From positions 9,858,001 to 9,922,000 of the forward strand of contig OZ024748.1 of the NCBI GenBank assembly GCA_964016885.1: a stretch of 64,000 nucleotides of DNA, given 5' to 3'. Every line of letters starts with the position of its first letter. The stretch's first letter is position 1. The notes beneath the pieces were generated by a model, which worked only from the letters and a program-made list of their open reading frames with translations, was not told the origin of the DNA and made no database searches. Shown here piece by piece: positions 13,565-25,950 of the stretch. Position numbers and translations under genes: made by a program. Source of the stretch: Eledone cirrhosa. Lineage: Eukaryota.

Positions 13565-14206
13565 TATGTATATGTATGTAATTTAAACACATGTTAGCTC
13601 AACGATTAAGCTTCAACCGTTTCGATATACATACATGTACGTCCATATCTAGAGAGAAACAAAACATGACATATATAAGGAAGGACCTGCGGTATTCCTT
13701 CTCTCTCTCACACATACACACACAATATATATATATATATATATATAAATATACATATGAGAGAAAGAAGGAAACTGGTAGTACTCGAAGTTTAGTGGTA
13801 TATATGTTACTATATTTTCAACAAAAACAACGAAACAATTCAGAGAAGAAATTAACGATTTTTAAGAAATACAAGAACGATGTGGGTGATCTCTCTCACA
13901 CACACACACACGTACACACACACACATATATATATATGAACACATACATATATAAGTACGTGTATGTGTGTGTGTGTAATAGCCATGCATATATATATAT
14001 ATATATATACACACGCTCGTTCAAACCACCCATACAGTATATATTTATTGTATATTTATATATATGGTGGTGCGATGGATTCAGTGGTCTTACATGTAAT
14101 AAGACTCCATCTCCTCTAGAAACCTGCCAACACCACTGCAATGTTCTTTACACATAAAACCCTTAACACACACACACACATTAAATATACATATGTACGT
14201 ACACAC

Positions 14207-14247
<41 letters not shown>

Positions 14248-14825
14248 GTAATGGTTAAATTCAATCTCTTTTGATAATTCCTATGTTTTGTGTAAATAAT
14301 TGTTAATTAATTGTTTCTGACTTGTTGTTTACATATATATATACTATTATCACCTGTACAGAAACTATCGTAGATATTAAAATTTGATAACCTTGGTTCT
14401 CTTCATTTTAAATACACTCATATATATATATATTACCCACTCTACTACCCTAAGTATTGAGTACTCTGGTGCGTTATGGTTCATCTGGTTCCTTACCACA
14501 ACCCCTTCGTTATATATATATATATATATTTAAAGCAAAGAAAACAATAACACACGATCATGAAAACATATATATGTATATATATATATAAACATACATA
14601 AGGTGAATATATATATATATATATAACATACATACAAGAGAGGCATACATATATATATTTACATGCATAACATGAGAGGCATATATATATATATGTATAT
14701 ATACACACACATAACATACATGCATGAGAGGTATACATGCCATAGAAATATTAAATAAAACGGTGTGTTGTAGAGGAAGTGTTGGCGGTGGAATTCTATT
14801 TCAAAGAAGAAAAGGTGTTACTTAC

Positions 14826-14877
14826 TTCCTAAACAGATTAATCCAAGAAGTAACAAAGACTTGATGATAAAAAACAT
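14826..14877 (-). CDS. Putative signal-peptide first coding exon (MFFIIKSLLLLGLICLG) of a secreted or membrane protein gene continuing left of the window
   Basis: CAAC-ATG context, upstream in-frame stop, K plus hydrophobic core, GTAAGT donor in phase 1. Confidence 0.6.
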
Positions 14878-14934
14878 GTTGAGAAAGTCATTGAAATGGT
14901 TTAAATAGAATGACCTGGTTCCACAATGGCATCA

Positions 14935-16990
14935 GAGCAGTGGTGGCGGTGGTGATTGTGTTGTTGTTGTTGGTAGTGGTGGTGGTGGTGGTGGTGATGA
15001 TGATGATGATGCTGATGTTGGTGGTGGCGATGGCAGTGTTGTTGTGTTGATGGCGGTGGTGTTATTGGTGTTATTAATGTTGTTGTTGATGGTGTGGTTA
15101 CTGTTAATGTTGTTATTGGTGGTGGTGTTACTGTTAGTGTTGTTGATGGTGGTGGTGGTGGTGGTGTTACTGTTGTTGATGGTGGTGGTGTTACTGTTGT
15201 TGATGGTGGTGGTGTTACTGTTGGTGTTGTTGATGGTGTTGGTGGTGTTACTGTTGTTGATGGTGGTGGTGTTGTTAGTGGTGTTACTCTTAGTATTGTT
15301 GATGGTGATGGTGGAGTTAGTGTTGTTGGTGGTGCTGGTGTTACTCTTAGTATTGTTGATGGTGATGGTGGAGTTAGTGTTGTTGGTGGTGGTGTTGTTA
15401 GTGTTGTTGATGGTGTTGACATGTGTCATCATCACTTGGCTCTTCGCCTCCTCTTACTACTACTATTTCTTTTTTACTCTCCTCCTCCTCTATTGCTGCT
15501 GCTGATATTTACTGTTGTTGTATTACCTCCTCCTTCTCCTCCTCATAACACGGCGGAATTCATTCTTCTCTTAAATTTCTTACTTTATTTTCTGCTCTTC
15601 CTCCTACTTTCTCTTCTACTACTGCTACTACCACAGTAGTTACTGCTGTTATTTTTGATCCTTCACCTCATACCCTTCTTAACGAAGAGGGAGGGATTCA
15701 TTCCTCCCTTTTAATTCTTACTATGTTTCCTCCTCCTACTAATACTTTCTCCTCTGCTACTGCTACTACGATAGTATTTACTGCTGTTCTTTTGCTTCCT
15801 TGTCATTCATCTCATTCTCTTTCTTTAGTAGAGAAGGGAAGGATTCATTCCTCCCTTTTAATTCTAATTACACTTCCTCTTACCACTACTTCCTCCTCTG
15901 CTACCACCAGAGTATTTACTGTTGTTGCTCCTGCTGCTTCTTATAACACTTACTCCCGGCATTTCTCTTCTCATCTATCCCCCTTCCCCCATTCTTAAAC
16001 TCTTTAATACTTCTTCTCCTCTTACTACTACAACAATGAATCCCCTTCCTCTTACTACTCCTGCTGCTAATACTACTATGAAAACAATTATCAATACATC
16101 TTAGTACTCCCTTCTCCCCTATCTTTTTCTGCTCGTTACAAGATCAGGGCAACTACCGTAGTACCATTAGTAGCTTTAGTAGTAATAACAATAAGAATAG
16201 TAGTAGTAGTAGTAAGTTTGAGAGGTAGTTGTATAAATAGTAGTAGTAGTGGTAGTGTTACAATTACTCTTTCTGTAGAAGGACGTGAGAGGGGGGATGG
16301 TAACGAGATAGAAGTAAAATAAATAGGGTAGAAGGGGTGGTGATGGTGGTGGTAGTGGGGATGATGGCAGGGGGGGGGGGGGGGGGTGATGGTACCATTA
16401 GTAGTTTTAGTATTAATAGTAACAACAATAGTAGTAATAGTAGTAGTAGTTAGAGAGGTAGTAGTAGTAGTGTTACAACTACACTTTCTGTAGAAGATAG
16501 GCGAGGGGGATGGTAGCGAGATAGAATTAAACAAATAGGGGAGAGGGGTGATGGAGGTGGTGGCGGTGGTACTGGTGATAGTGATGGAGGTGGTACTGGT
16601 GATGGTACTTGGTAGTAATGATGATAGTGATGGTGATGGTGACGGTGGAACTGGTGGTGATGGTAGGGGACGTTGTTGCTGGAGGTGGTAATGGTTGGGG
16701 GTGTTGGGAGTGGTGGTGGTGGTGGTGGTGGTTGTAGGTAATGGTGGTGGTAGTGGTGCTGATACTGGTGGTGGTATTGGTAGATATAGCATAGTTGTAT
16801 TGGTGGTGATAGTGGTTGTAGTAGTGGTACTGGTATTGGTAGTGTGTGTGGTGGGGATTGTGGTAGTGGTACAGTTCGTGGGAGTAGTGGTGATGGTAGT
16901 GGTGTCTGTGTTGGTAGCGGTACTGGTGGTAATGGTAACGGTAGTAGTAGTGGTACTGGTGGTGCTAGTAGTAGTGGTGGTGGTGATAAC
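14935..16990. repeat. Trinucleotide low-complexity region (GGT/GTT/AGT/CTA) with local duplications
   Basis: Direct reading; explains the poly-T/P/H/V ORFs. Confidence 0.9.
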
Positions 16991-17307
16991 AAATATAGCC
17001 TCCAGTCTCTAAAATATAAAAGATGCTGCTTCTGCTACAGTTTAATACTGTTGTTATGAATGCAGCAGAATCTGAAAAAAATTGTTTCCCCTTCTCTTCT
17101 TTAACTTTCTTTCCTTTTCTCTTTTTCTTCTTCTGTCGACCTAATTTTCCTTCTCCCTCTCTCTCTCTCTCTCTCTCTCTGTATATATATATATATATAT
17201 ATATAGCCTCGAGTGAATTATTTTTATATAATGTGTTGATCAGAGGTAAATATTGTATTGGAGATCGAGTGACGCAACTTGAAGCGATTAGCGACCTTTA
17301 GACTCAC

Positions 17308-17370
17308 CTGATCAATGAAACAATTGTCAGTACTTGAAATAAAGCCCCTTATTGTACAGCCAATCACGTT
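17308..17370 (-). promoter_or_regulatory. Candidate promoter and short non-coding exon of the left-hand gene
   Basis: Consensus CAG/GTGAGT donor at 17307, matching ttttttcag acceptor at 17072, CCAAT box near 17360. Confidence 0.4.
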
Positions 17371-17909
17371 ACTCTCCATTCTTTCACTATATATATATAT
17401 TTATTAAAATAACAGATTAAAGGTTAAGCAAAGAATCGCTGCTTTCACCCTTAACGGGATCTTCTGAAACTAAAAAAGTCAATCTGTGAACGCAGAAGTA
17501 AATATTTAAAAAAACGTTGCAACCGAAAGAAGACAGGAAGACGATATATGTTAGAAAGTGAGGTTTATTTACAAAATGGAAAAAAAACGAGGTGTCCTAC
17601 ATGAGTGAAAGTATAAAGAAAAAAGATGAAATCGAAAATGCAACTGGAGTCTTTTTTTATAAAAATATATATTTATTTGGTTCCTTTACTGGTTTCGCAG
17701 TTCTTCTGCTTTTCAAAAGTAGAATTGAGATGCCATCAGGTCCCAACTCTATAATATAACCACACACATACACACAGGTGTATATGCTGGACACATAATA
17801 ACATATCACATGTGTATTAGAGAAGTGTTTTGTTGTTTTGTATGTTTGGGATATTTGCTTATATATAGCAAGAATAGGTTGGATACCCTATGGACTCAAT
17901 TGGATACGC

Positions 17910-19455
17910 TACGTATCCAGTTCTCTCAGGATACCCTGTGTATCTAGTTCTCACAGGATACCCAGTGTATCTAGTTCTCTCAGGATACCCAGTGTATCTA
18001 GTTCTCTCAGGATACCCTGTGTATCTAGTTCTCTCAGGATACCCAGTGTATCTAGTTCTCTCAGGATACCCAGTGTATCTAGTTCTCTCAGGATACCCAG
18101 TGTATCTAGTTCTCTCAGGATACCCAGTGTATCTAGTTCTCACAGGATACCCAGTGTATCTAGTTCTCTCAGGATACCCTGTGTATCTAGTTCTCTCAGG
18201 ATACCCAGTGTATCTAGTTCTCTCAGGATACCCAGTGTATCTAGTTCTCTCAGGATACCCAGTGTATCTAGTTCTCTCAGGATACCCAGTGTATCTAGTT
18301 CTCTCAGGATACCCTGTGTATCTAGTTCTCACAGGATACCCAGTGTATCTAGTTCTCTCAGGATACCCAGTGTATCTAGTTCTCTCAGGATACCCAGTGT
18401 ATCTAGTTCTCTCAGGATACCCAGTGTATCTAGTTCTCACAGTATACCCTGTGTATCTAGTTCTCTCAGGATACCCAGTGTATCTAATTCTCTCAGTATA
18501 CCCAGTGTATCTAGTTCTCTCAGTATACCCAGTGTATCTAGTTCTCTCAGGATACCCTGTGTATCTAGTTCTCTCAGGATACCCTGTGTTGTATCTAGTT
18601 CTCTCAGGATACCCAGTGTATCTAGTTCTCTCAATATACCCTGTGTATCTAGTTCTCTCAGTATACCCTGTGTTGTATCTAGTTCTCTCAGGATACCCAG
18701 TGTATCTAGTTCTCTCAATATACCCTGTGTATCTAGTTCTCTCAGTATACCCTGTGTTGTATCTAGTTCTCTCAGGATACCCAGTGTATCTAGTTCTCAC
18801 AGTATACCCAGTGTATCCAGTTCTCACAGGATACCCTGTGTATCTAGTTCTCTTAGGATACCCAGTGTATCTAGTTCTCTCAGGATACCCTGTGTATCTA
18901 GTTCTCTTAGGATACCCAGTGTATCTAGTTCTCACAGTATACCCTGTGTATCTAGTTCTCTCAGGATACCCAGTGTATCTAGTTCTCACAGTATACCCTG
19001 TGTATCTAGTTCTCTCAGGATACCCAGTGTATCTAATTCTCTCAGTATACCCAGTGTATCTAGTTCTCTCAGTATACCCTGCGTATCTAGTTCTCTCAGG
19101 ATACCCTGTGTATCTAGTTCTCACAGTATACCCTGTGTATCTAGTTCTCTCAGTATACCCTGTGTATCTAGTTCTCTTAGGATACCCAGTGTATCTAGTT
19201 CTCACAGTATACCCTGTGTATCTAGTTCTCTCAGGATACCCTGTGTATCTAGTTCTCTCAGGATACCCAGTGTATCTAGTTCTCTCAGGATACCCAGTGT
19301 ATCTAGTTCTCTCAGGATACCCAGTGTATCTAGTTCTCTCAGGATACCCAGTGTATCTAGTTCTCACAGTATACCCTGTGTATCTAGTTCTCACAGTATA
19401 CCCTGTGTATCTAGTTCTCTCAGTATACCCTGTGTATCTAGTTCTCTCCGGATGT
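17910..19455. repeat. 27-bp minisatellite, about 57 copies (GTATCTAGTTCTCTCAGGATACCCAGT)
   Basis: Direct reading; 9-aa periodicity in the ORF track. Confidence 0.98.
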
Positions 19456-19989
19456 CCTATGGATTCAGATCTCACAAGTGTGAAGTGTGAATGGTTTTCA
19501 TTTTTTCATCAAGGCACAGTTATGAAATTATGTAAAATAAAATGCCATATATACTCATATATATTAATTAGCAAGATATTGAATATTTATGTATATTAAT
19601 TAGCAAGATATTAATTAGTTATGTGTATGAATTAGCAAGATGTCACATACTTTATACACACGAAAAATATTTGAAATGAAAAAAACTGAAAACAATGATA
19701 TAAAAATCAAGCAGTTTATATATGGTAATGGAAGCTATAAGGCTCCACTTCCTGGAAATGAATAATACTCACCCCATACATTTCCACCACTTCTTCTTCT
19801 ATAAATTTAGCCTTAGAAGTGTAGAAATCGTGCAATAATAAATACAACGAAGAGAAAAATCCCTTTAATATTAGATTTTAGTTAAATCGGATCCATTTAA
19901 CGATCAAAGGGAAATAAATCTTGCAAAAAGCATACAGACGAATGTTTTGTTCGAGTTATTTCCCTTGTCTAAAGTCTGCTTCGAGCAGG

Positions 19990-20240
19990 CTGATGCTTAT
20001 CTCGGTTTCCGTGGTGCGAAGCGACTGAGCATACAAGATTTCCCCTGGACATGACGCCAGTTCATCGCAGGGTTAACCCCCCAACTATAGCTGGAATTAA
20101 TTCTCAACTGAGTATACCGGAACAACGTGAAATAAATTATTTTGCTCAAGAACACAACACACAACTCCGTCCAGGAATCGAACACACGTCATTATGATTG
20201 TAAGTCGAACACTCTTACCACTAGGCCACGCACTTCTACT
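19990..20240 (-). mobile_element. tRNA-derived SINE of a second family (related copies 34660-34960 minus, 59760-60050 plus)
   Basis: gtggcctagtggtaag A-box, gttcgattcc B-box, gttgtgttcttgagcaa core. Confidence 0.7.
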
Positions 20241-21070
20241 TGGACTGTTAATTATTTGTCATTAAAGACATAAAGGTGGAGACTTTCGGCATTAAACTAC
20301 CACGGCGGAAATGTTTGAGGCAATGTTGGTGCTCTTCCTACAACAACCCTTTTAGGAGCTTCTTACGACATGCAAAGATACGCTGCACTTATTCTATATC
20401 AGATATATATTTATATGTATGTGTGTCATATTTATCAATTATATTCCTATTTACCTATTTTGAAGCATTGACTTATTGGAGTTAGATTTTATGCATTTAT
20501 CTTATTACAGGTTCAAATTTTAATTACACCGCTTACTCCATAATTACCATAATGCATGTATACCAAGCAATCATTTCGATAAGTGATATTTTTTTTAATT
20601 CACAGTGGATTGCATATAATTGAAGGAGCAAATGAATATAATAGAATTATATTTTTCAATGTATTAATTAATATATGTTAGGGAGCTTTAACGGTGTTAT
20701 TTATACGAGGGAACAAATTATCAACGACACCGCCTACTTAGTATCTTCATCTAACCTAATCTAATTATTTCAGCTATTATTTCAAGATAAGGTAAAATGT
20801 TAATTTTTGCGAATAATATACAGCTAGCTACATCTTTCAGTGTTGGTGTTTCATCATCTACGTGATTAAATATTTCATTTTGTCACAAAGTTTGCTTACA
20901 TTCTAGATTGTTTTCGCTTCATTACGGAATCGATTTTATTAACCAACAAATATTTTTCTCAAACGTTTTACCAAACCGAAAGACTATTATCTTTACACCC
21001 ACTGCTGATTTATCTACACATGCCTCTCCAACACAGATCTTACACCATGATATACTTTCTTGTTTTACAG

Positions 21071-21200
21071 ATGTACCAACTAATCGTACCATTACATCAT
21101 TTTAAACCTGGCAGGCTACATGTATCTATTAACCATATTCATTGTCTATAACAATGTGTGCTGAATAAGGAAGACCCAGTCAGCAACGCGTGTTCTAGAT
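21071..21200 (+). other. Putative non-coding 5' exon of the zinc-finger gene
   Basis: tgttttacag acceptor at 21070, GTAAGT donor at 21201, 112-nt intron to the acceptor at 21312. Confidence 0.6.
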
Positions 21201-21339
21201 GTAAGTAGAAAATATATTTACATTGCATATTTTCAAAGTATGAAAACAGAGGCCCTTGTTATCCAAGAAAAGAAACTCAATCATAATAGATTATTGTTTA
21301 ATTGCTTCTCAGCATTTTTAGAATTAGTCTGGCGTTAAT

Positions 21340-22824
21340 ATGGAGGACATTATTCACTTGAACACTTCTGACACCTCTGTTTTGAATAATATAGATTCAC
21401 AAACACAGACATGCAGTAATGAAGAATCTTTACGCACTAAAACGTTTAATAAACAAAAATCAGCACAGAAAAATATAGACTGTGAAATATGTGGGAAATC
21501 TTTCGTCAATAACAGTAATTTAACAAGACACAAAATAACACATACTGGAGAGAAACGATATCACTGTGAAATATGTGGGAAGTCATTCACTCAAAATTCT
21601 TGTCTTAAAATCCACAAACGTACACACACTGGAGAAAAACCCTACCATTGTGAAATATGTGGGAAATCCTTTCTAAAAAATAATTATTTAATCATCCACA
21701 AAAGAATACACACTGGAGAAAAACCGTTTCGCTGTGAAATATGTGGGAAATCTTTCACTCAGAAATCTCCACTTGTTGTCCACAAATTTAGTCACACTGG
21801 AGAAAAACCTTACCACTGTGAAATATGTAAGAAATATTTCATGAAGAATTCTATTCTTGTTGCACACCTTCGTATTCATACCGGAGAAAAACCTTATCGT
21901 TGTGAACTATGTGGGGAATCATTCTCTATTCATTATCGTCTTATAGATCACAAAATAACACACACTGGAGAAAGACCGTTTGATTGCAAAATGTGTGGAA
22001 AATGTTTTGTAAATAACAGTGTCTTAGCAAAACACAAAAAAACACACACTGGAGAAAAACCCTTTCATTGTGAAATATGTGGGAAATCTTTTAGCAGTAA
22101 CAGCAACTTAAAAACACACAAAAGAATACATACTGGAGAAAAACCGTTTCACTGTGATGTATGTGGGAAATCATTTACAGCTAAATCTAGCCTTTTAGAT
22201 CATGAAATAAGGCACACTGGAGAAAAATCCTTTCATTGTGAAATATGTGAGGAATCTTTTTACTCAGACAGTAAGTTAACAAAACACAAAAGAAGACATA
22301 CTGAAGAAAAACGATTTCACTGTGAAATATGTGGGAAATCATTTTTTGATAATGCTCATCTTATAAACCACAAAAGAATACACACTGGAGAAAAACCCTA
22401 TCATTGTGAAATATGTGGAAAATCTTTCATTAGTAATTCTATTCTTGTATGTCATAAAAGAATACACACTGGAGAAAAATCATTTCATTGTGAAATATGT
22501 GAGAAATATTTCTTCTCTAAGGGTAATTTAATGAGGCACAAATTAATACATTCTGGAAAAACACAGTTCCATTGTGAAATATGTGGAAAATATTATGTCA
22601 ATAATAGTGATTTAACAAGACACAAAAGAACACACACTGGGGAAAGACCATTTCATTGTGAAATATGTGGGAAATCATTCCACAACAATTCTCATCTTGT
22701 AGTTCACATGCGTAGTCACACTGGAGAAAACCCACATTGCTGTGAAATATGTAAGAAGTCATTTGTCACCAACAGTAATTTAAAACGACACAAACGAATC
22801 CACTCTGGAGAAAACCTGCATTAA
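21340..22824 (+). CDS. Poly-C2H2 zinc-finger protein, 16 tandem Kruppel-type fingers, no recognisable KRAB/ZAD/SCAN/BTB domain
   Basis: 494-aa ORF with 16 CxxC-12x-HxxxH units joined by TGEKP-like linkers; acceptor cttctcag at 21312 just upstream of the ATG. Confidence 0.95.
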   Translation: MEDIIHLNTSDTSVLNNIDSQTQTCSNEESLRTKTFNKQKSAQKNIDCEICGKSFVNNSNLTRHKITHTGEKRYHCEICGKSFTQNSCLKIHKRTHTGEKPYHCEICGKSFLKNNYLIIHKRIHTGEKPFRCEICGKSFTQKSPLVVHKFSHTGEKPYHCEICKKYFMKNSILVAHLRIHTGEKPYRCELCGESFSIHYRLIDHKITHTGERPFDCKMCGKCFVNNSVLAKHKKTHTGEKPFHCEICGKSFSSNSNLKTHKRIHTGEKPFHCDVCGKSFTAKSSLLDHEIRHTGEKSFHCEICEESFYSDSKLTKHKRRHTEEKRFHCEICGKSFFDNAHLINHKRIHTGEKPYHCEICGKSFISNSILVCHKRIHTGEKSFHCEICEKYFFSKGNLMRHKLIHSGKTQFHCEICGKYYVNNSDLTRHKRTHTGERPFHCEICGKSFHNNSHLVVHMRSHTGENPHCCEICKKSFVTNSNLKRHKRIHSGENLH

Positions 22825-23509
22825 TGTGAAATATGTTGGAAATCATTTTCTGAAAACAACGCACAGAAAAGACTGACTGTGAAATATCATCATCACTGTT
22901 TAACATTTCCCATATTTATATTGGTTAGACAGGTCAGCCGACCATATCTAACTCATAGATATCTGTTATTGGCTTTGTTTTCTACAGCTGGATGCCTTTT
23001 CTAATGTCAATCGCTTCACAAGGTGAATTGGGTGTTGCAACAGACTGATGCCCCATCCAAGAATGAGTCTTGTACTTTCAGTCACTTCCAGGATAAATTC
23101 CTGCCCGTGAATCAATCCTGATAGTGTCCAACACATCTATTGAAGTTGCCTGCTAAAATGATGAAATCTCTGTCATCAATACTTGGAGTTGTCTGGAAAT
23201 ACCATATATATATATGTATATATATATATACTTATACACACACACACACGCATATATATATATGTACACACACTGCTGTTCATACATCTCTCATTTTAAC
23301 TTATAATGTTAAATGAATGACCAAAGAACTTTCTGTGATCAAATGATTTATTATTCTATGTTTCGTTAATGAGAACATTAGAATCCATAATACAAACATT
23401 ATGATTATATATCGATTCATTTCCGGCAAACTCTTTGTGTATAATATATATACACACACACATATATATATCATCATCATCATTTTACGTCCGCGATGAC
23501 GATGATGAG

Positions 23510-23541
<32 letters not shown>

Positions 23542-23668
23542 ATTTTATCTATGTATGCATATTATGTACAGATCTATTTTACCAACGTATAGTTTGAAAT
23601 TAAATTTAGTAAAAAAAAAAAAAAAGCTAAAGTTTTTCTTGTCAATTTTATTGAATACTTTAGTGAAA

Positions 23669-24217
23669 TTAGCTTGAAGCCAGGTCACCATAGTTAGTTT
23701 TCTTGTCAAATTTGTTGAATATTTTACTGGAATTCTTACGTATGAACAGCCACGGAGTACTGAGTCTGTTTTTTATTTTTGAACTTTTGTGTGTGTTTGA
23801 GTCTGTGTTGGTGGTTGTGGTGTTTGTGTAAGTGTTGTAGTTATTGTTGTTGTTGTTGCTGTTGTGATGATGAGGACTATCAGTATTGTGTCCATGGTGG
23901 GGATTGCAGTAACTATTTCTGTGAGGGTTATAACTATAGTGTTTGTTCTCTTTACTTTGTGACATTCTGTCATTGCTGTTGTCACTATTATTACTACTGC
24001 TGCTTGCTGAATATATGGCACCAATGGAGGCACGGCGTCTTTGTTGACAAACTTTTGGTGAATCTTCTGGAATGTTTTCACCCATTGGTGTCACCACTTG
24101 AAGCATCAGACTATCACCTGATTCACGAACCAGTTTCACCACCTCGTCATGCATGCTCCACTTTGTGTCATTGTTGCCAATGCCAACAATGTAATCACCT
24201 ATTTTTAAACCACTCTC
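23669..24217 (-). CDS. RHPN2: Rhophilin exon 15, PDZ C-half plus low-complexity tail to TAA
   Basis: ttttcag acceptor; ESGLKIGDYIVGIGNNDTKWSMHDEVVKLVRESGDSLMLQVV completes the PDZ. Summed CDS is 2181 nt with frame preserved across all exons. Confidence 0.93.
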   Translation of the reverse strand, partial: ESGLKIGDYIVGIGNNDTKWSMHDEVVKLVRESGDSLMLQVVTPMGENIPEDSPKVCQQRRRASIGAIYSASSSSNNSDNSNDRMSQSKENKHYSYNPHRNSYCNPHHGHNTDSPHHHNSNNNNNNYNTYTNTTTTNTDSNTHKSSKIKNRLSTPWLFIRKNSSKIFNKFDKKTNYGDLASS

Positions 24218-24324
24218 CTGAAAACAGTAATGAAAATAATAATGATAATAACCTCATTCATAATAATAATAATAATAATAATTTCTATATTTGGCACAAG
24301 GCCAGCAATCGCACAGCAATATAG

Positions 24325-25262
24325 ATAAATGGGGTAGTTTGTATGTATAAATAGATATTTACCTGGGGTAGTTTGTGTGTGTGTATACATATATAGATAC
24401 TTATCTGGGGTAGTTAGTGTGTGTGTGTATATATAGATACTTATCTGGGGTAGTTTGTGTGTGTATATATAGATATTTACCTGGGGTAGTTAGTGTGTGT
24501 ATACATATATAGATACTTATCTGGGGTAGTTAGTGTGTGTGTGTGTATATAGATACTTATCTGGGGTAGTTTGTGTGTGTATATATAGATATTTACCTGG
24601 GGTAGTTAGTGTGTGTATACATATATAGATACTTATCTGGGGTAGTTAGTGTGTGTGTGTATATATAGATACTTATCTGGGGTAGTTAGTGTGTGTGTGT
24701 ATATATAGATACTTATCTGGGGTAGTTTGTGTGTGTGTGTGTATATATAGATACTTATCTGGGGTAGTTTGTGTGTGTGTGTGTATATATATAGTTTGTG
24801 TGTGTGTGTGTATATATAGATATTTACCTGGGGTAGTTTGTGTGTGTATACATATATAGATACTTATCTGGGGTAGTTTGTGTGTGTGTGTGTATATATA
24901 GATATTTACCTGGGGTAGTTAGTGTGTGTATACATATATAGATACTTATCTGGGGTAGTTAGTGTGTGTGTGTGTATATAGATACTTATCTGGGGTAGTT
25001 AGTGTGTGTGTGTGTGTGTGTGTATATATAGATATTTACCTGGGGTAGTTAGTGTGTGTATACATATATAGATACTTATCTGGGGTAGTTAGTGTGTGTG
25101 TGTGTGTATATATATAGATATTTACCTGGGGTAGTTAGTGTGTGTATACATATATAGATACTTATCTGGGGTAGTTAGTGTGTGTGTGTGTATATATAGA
25201 TATTTACCTGGGGTAGTTAGTGTGTGTATATTGTATAAATATTTACTTGGGATCGTTAGTTT
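24325..25262. repeat. Compound minisatellite (atagatacttatctggggtagtt + variable (GT)n), about 22 copies
   Basis: Direct reading; lies in rhophilin intron 14. Confidence 0.95.
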
Positions 25263-25559
25263 GTGTAGTTGTGTATATATTAGTTTCCATCACTTTAGAA
25301 ACTTAGAGACTAACAATGTATTAATGTTCTGTGTTCTGCTTTAAATGTGTCTACAAAGTGAAACTTATGTTTGTAGTTATCTCTCTCTTAAACGGTAAAT
25401 GAGGAAATATCTCTGCTGTATTAATTATAGGCTCCCCACTACTATTATAAAAAAAACAATGTGAAATAATGTTTCTTGTTCAAGAATGCAATACACAGGT
25501 TGTTCCACAACTTTATGATCTTGAGTGCAAAAAAGAGCATAATAAGGTTGTGTCCTTAC

Positions 25560-25709
25560 CATTGATGTTGATGCTGGTTCAATTCCATTTATCTTCACTG
25601 GACAATCTCCTCGGACACTGAAACCAAAGCCATAGTGAGAATCTTTCTCTAAATGGACAAGGCGTGGTGCTGACCAGAGACACTGGGCATTAAACACATT
25701 CAGTGGACC
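25560..25709 (-). CDS. RHPN2: Rhophilin exon 14, PDZ N-half (GPLNVFNAQCLWSAPRLVHLEKDSHYGFGFSVRGDCPVKINGIEPASTSM)
   Basis: atctag/gtaagg, 150 nt, GFGFSVRG carboxylate-binding loop. Confidence 0.95.
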
Positions 25710-25754
25710 CTAGATTTTGAGAGAAGAAACAAAAAAATATTACATATCCGTGTG

Positions 25755-25950
25755 TAAAGGAAGACGCACTAGAGTAAGACCACAAAAAACATAGGCGGAG
25801 GTGGTGAGAGCTGATGTCAGATCGCTGAAGCTCACGGAAGAGATGCCGAAAGACCGTGACGAATGGAGAGATGCTGTGCTGAATAGGACCCATCCCACCC
25901 TTACAAGCAGGGAAAAGCGGACATAAAATGATGATGATGATGATGATGAT
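25755..25950 (+). mobile_element. RTE LINE 3' end
   Basis: Near-identical to 41055-41250; (GAT)n tail. Confidence 0.8.

Noticed and set aside
14901-17059. Mucin-like, poly-Pro, poly-Val and Gly-rich ORFs (also 46003-46770, 55431-56132, 37648-38077)
   Set aside because: Trinucleotide low-complexity DNA open in many frames on both strands.
17838-19599. 538-569 aa ORFs as real proteins
   Set aside because: They are a by-product of a 27-bp unit lacking stops in several frames; no domain, signal peptide or splice support.
22822-22890. A-to-I stop-codon readthrough restoring a 17th finger
   Set aside because: UAA needs two edits, and the downstream finger lacks both zinc-binding histidines.
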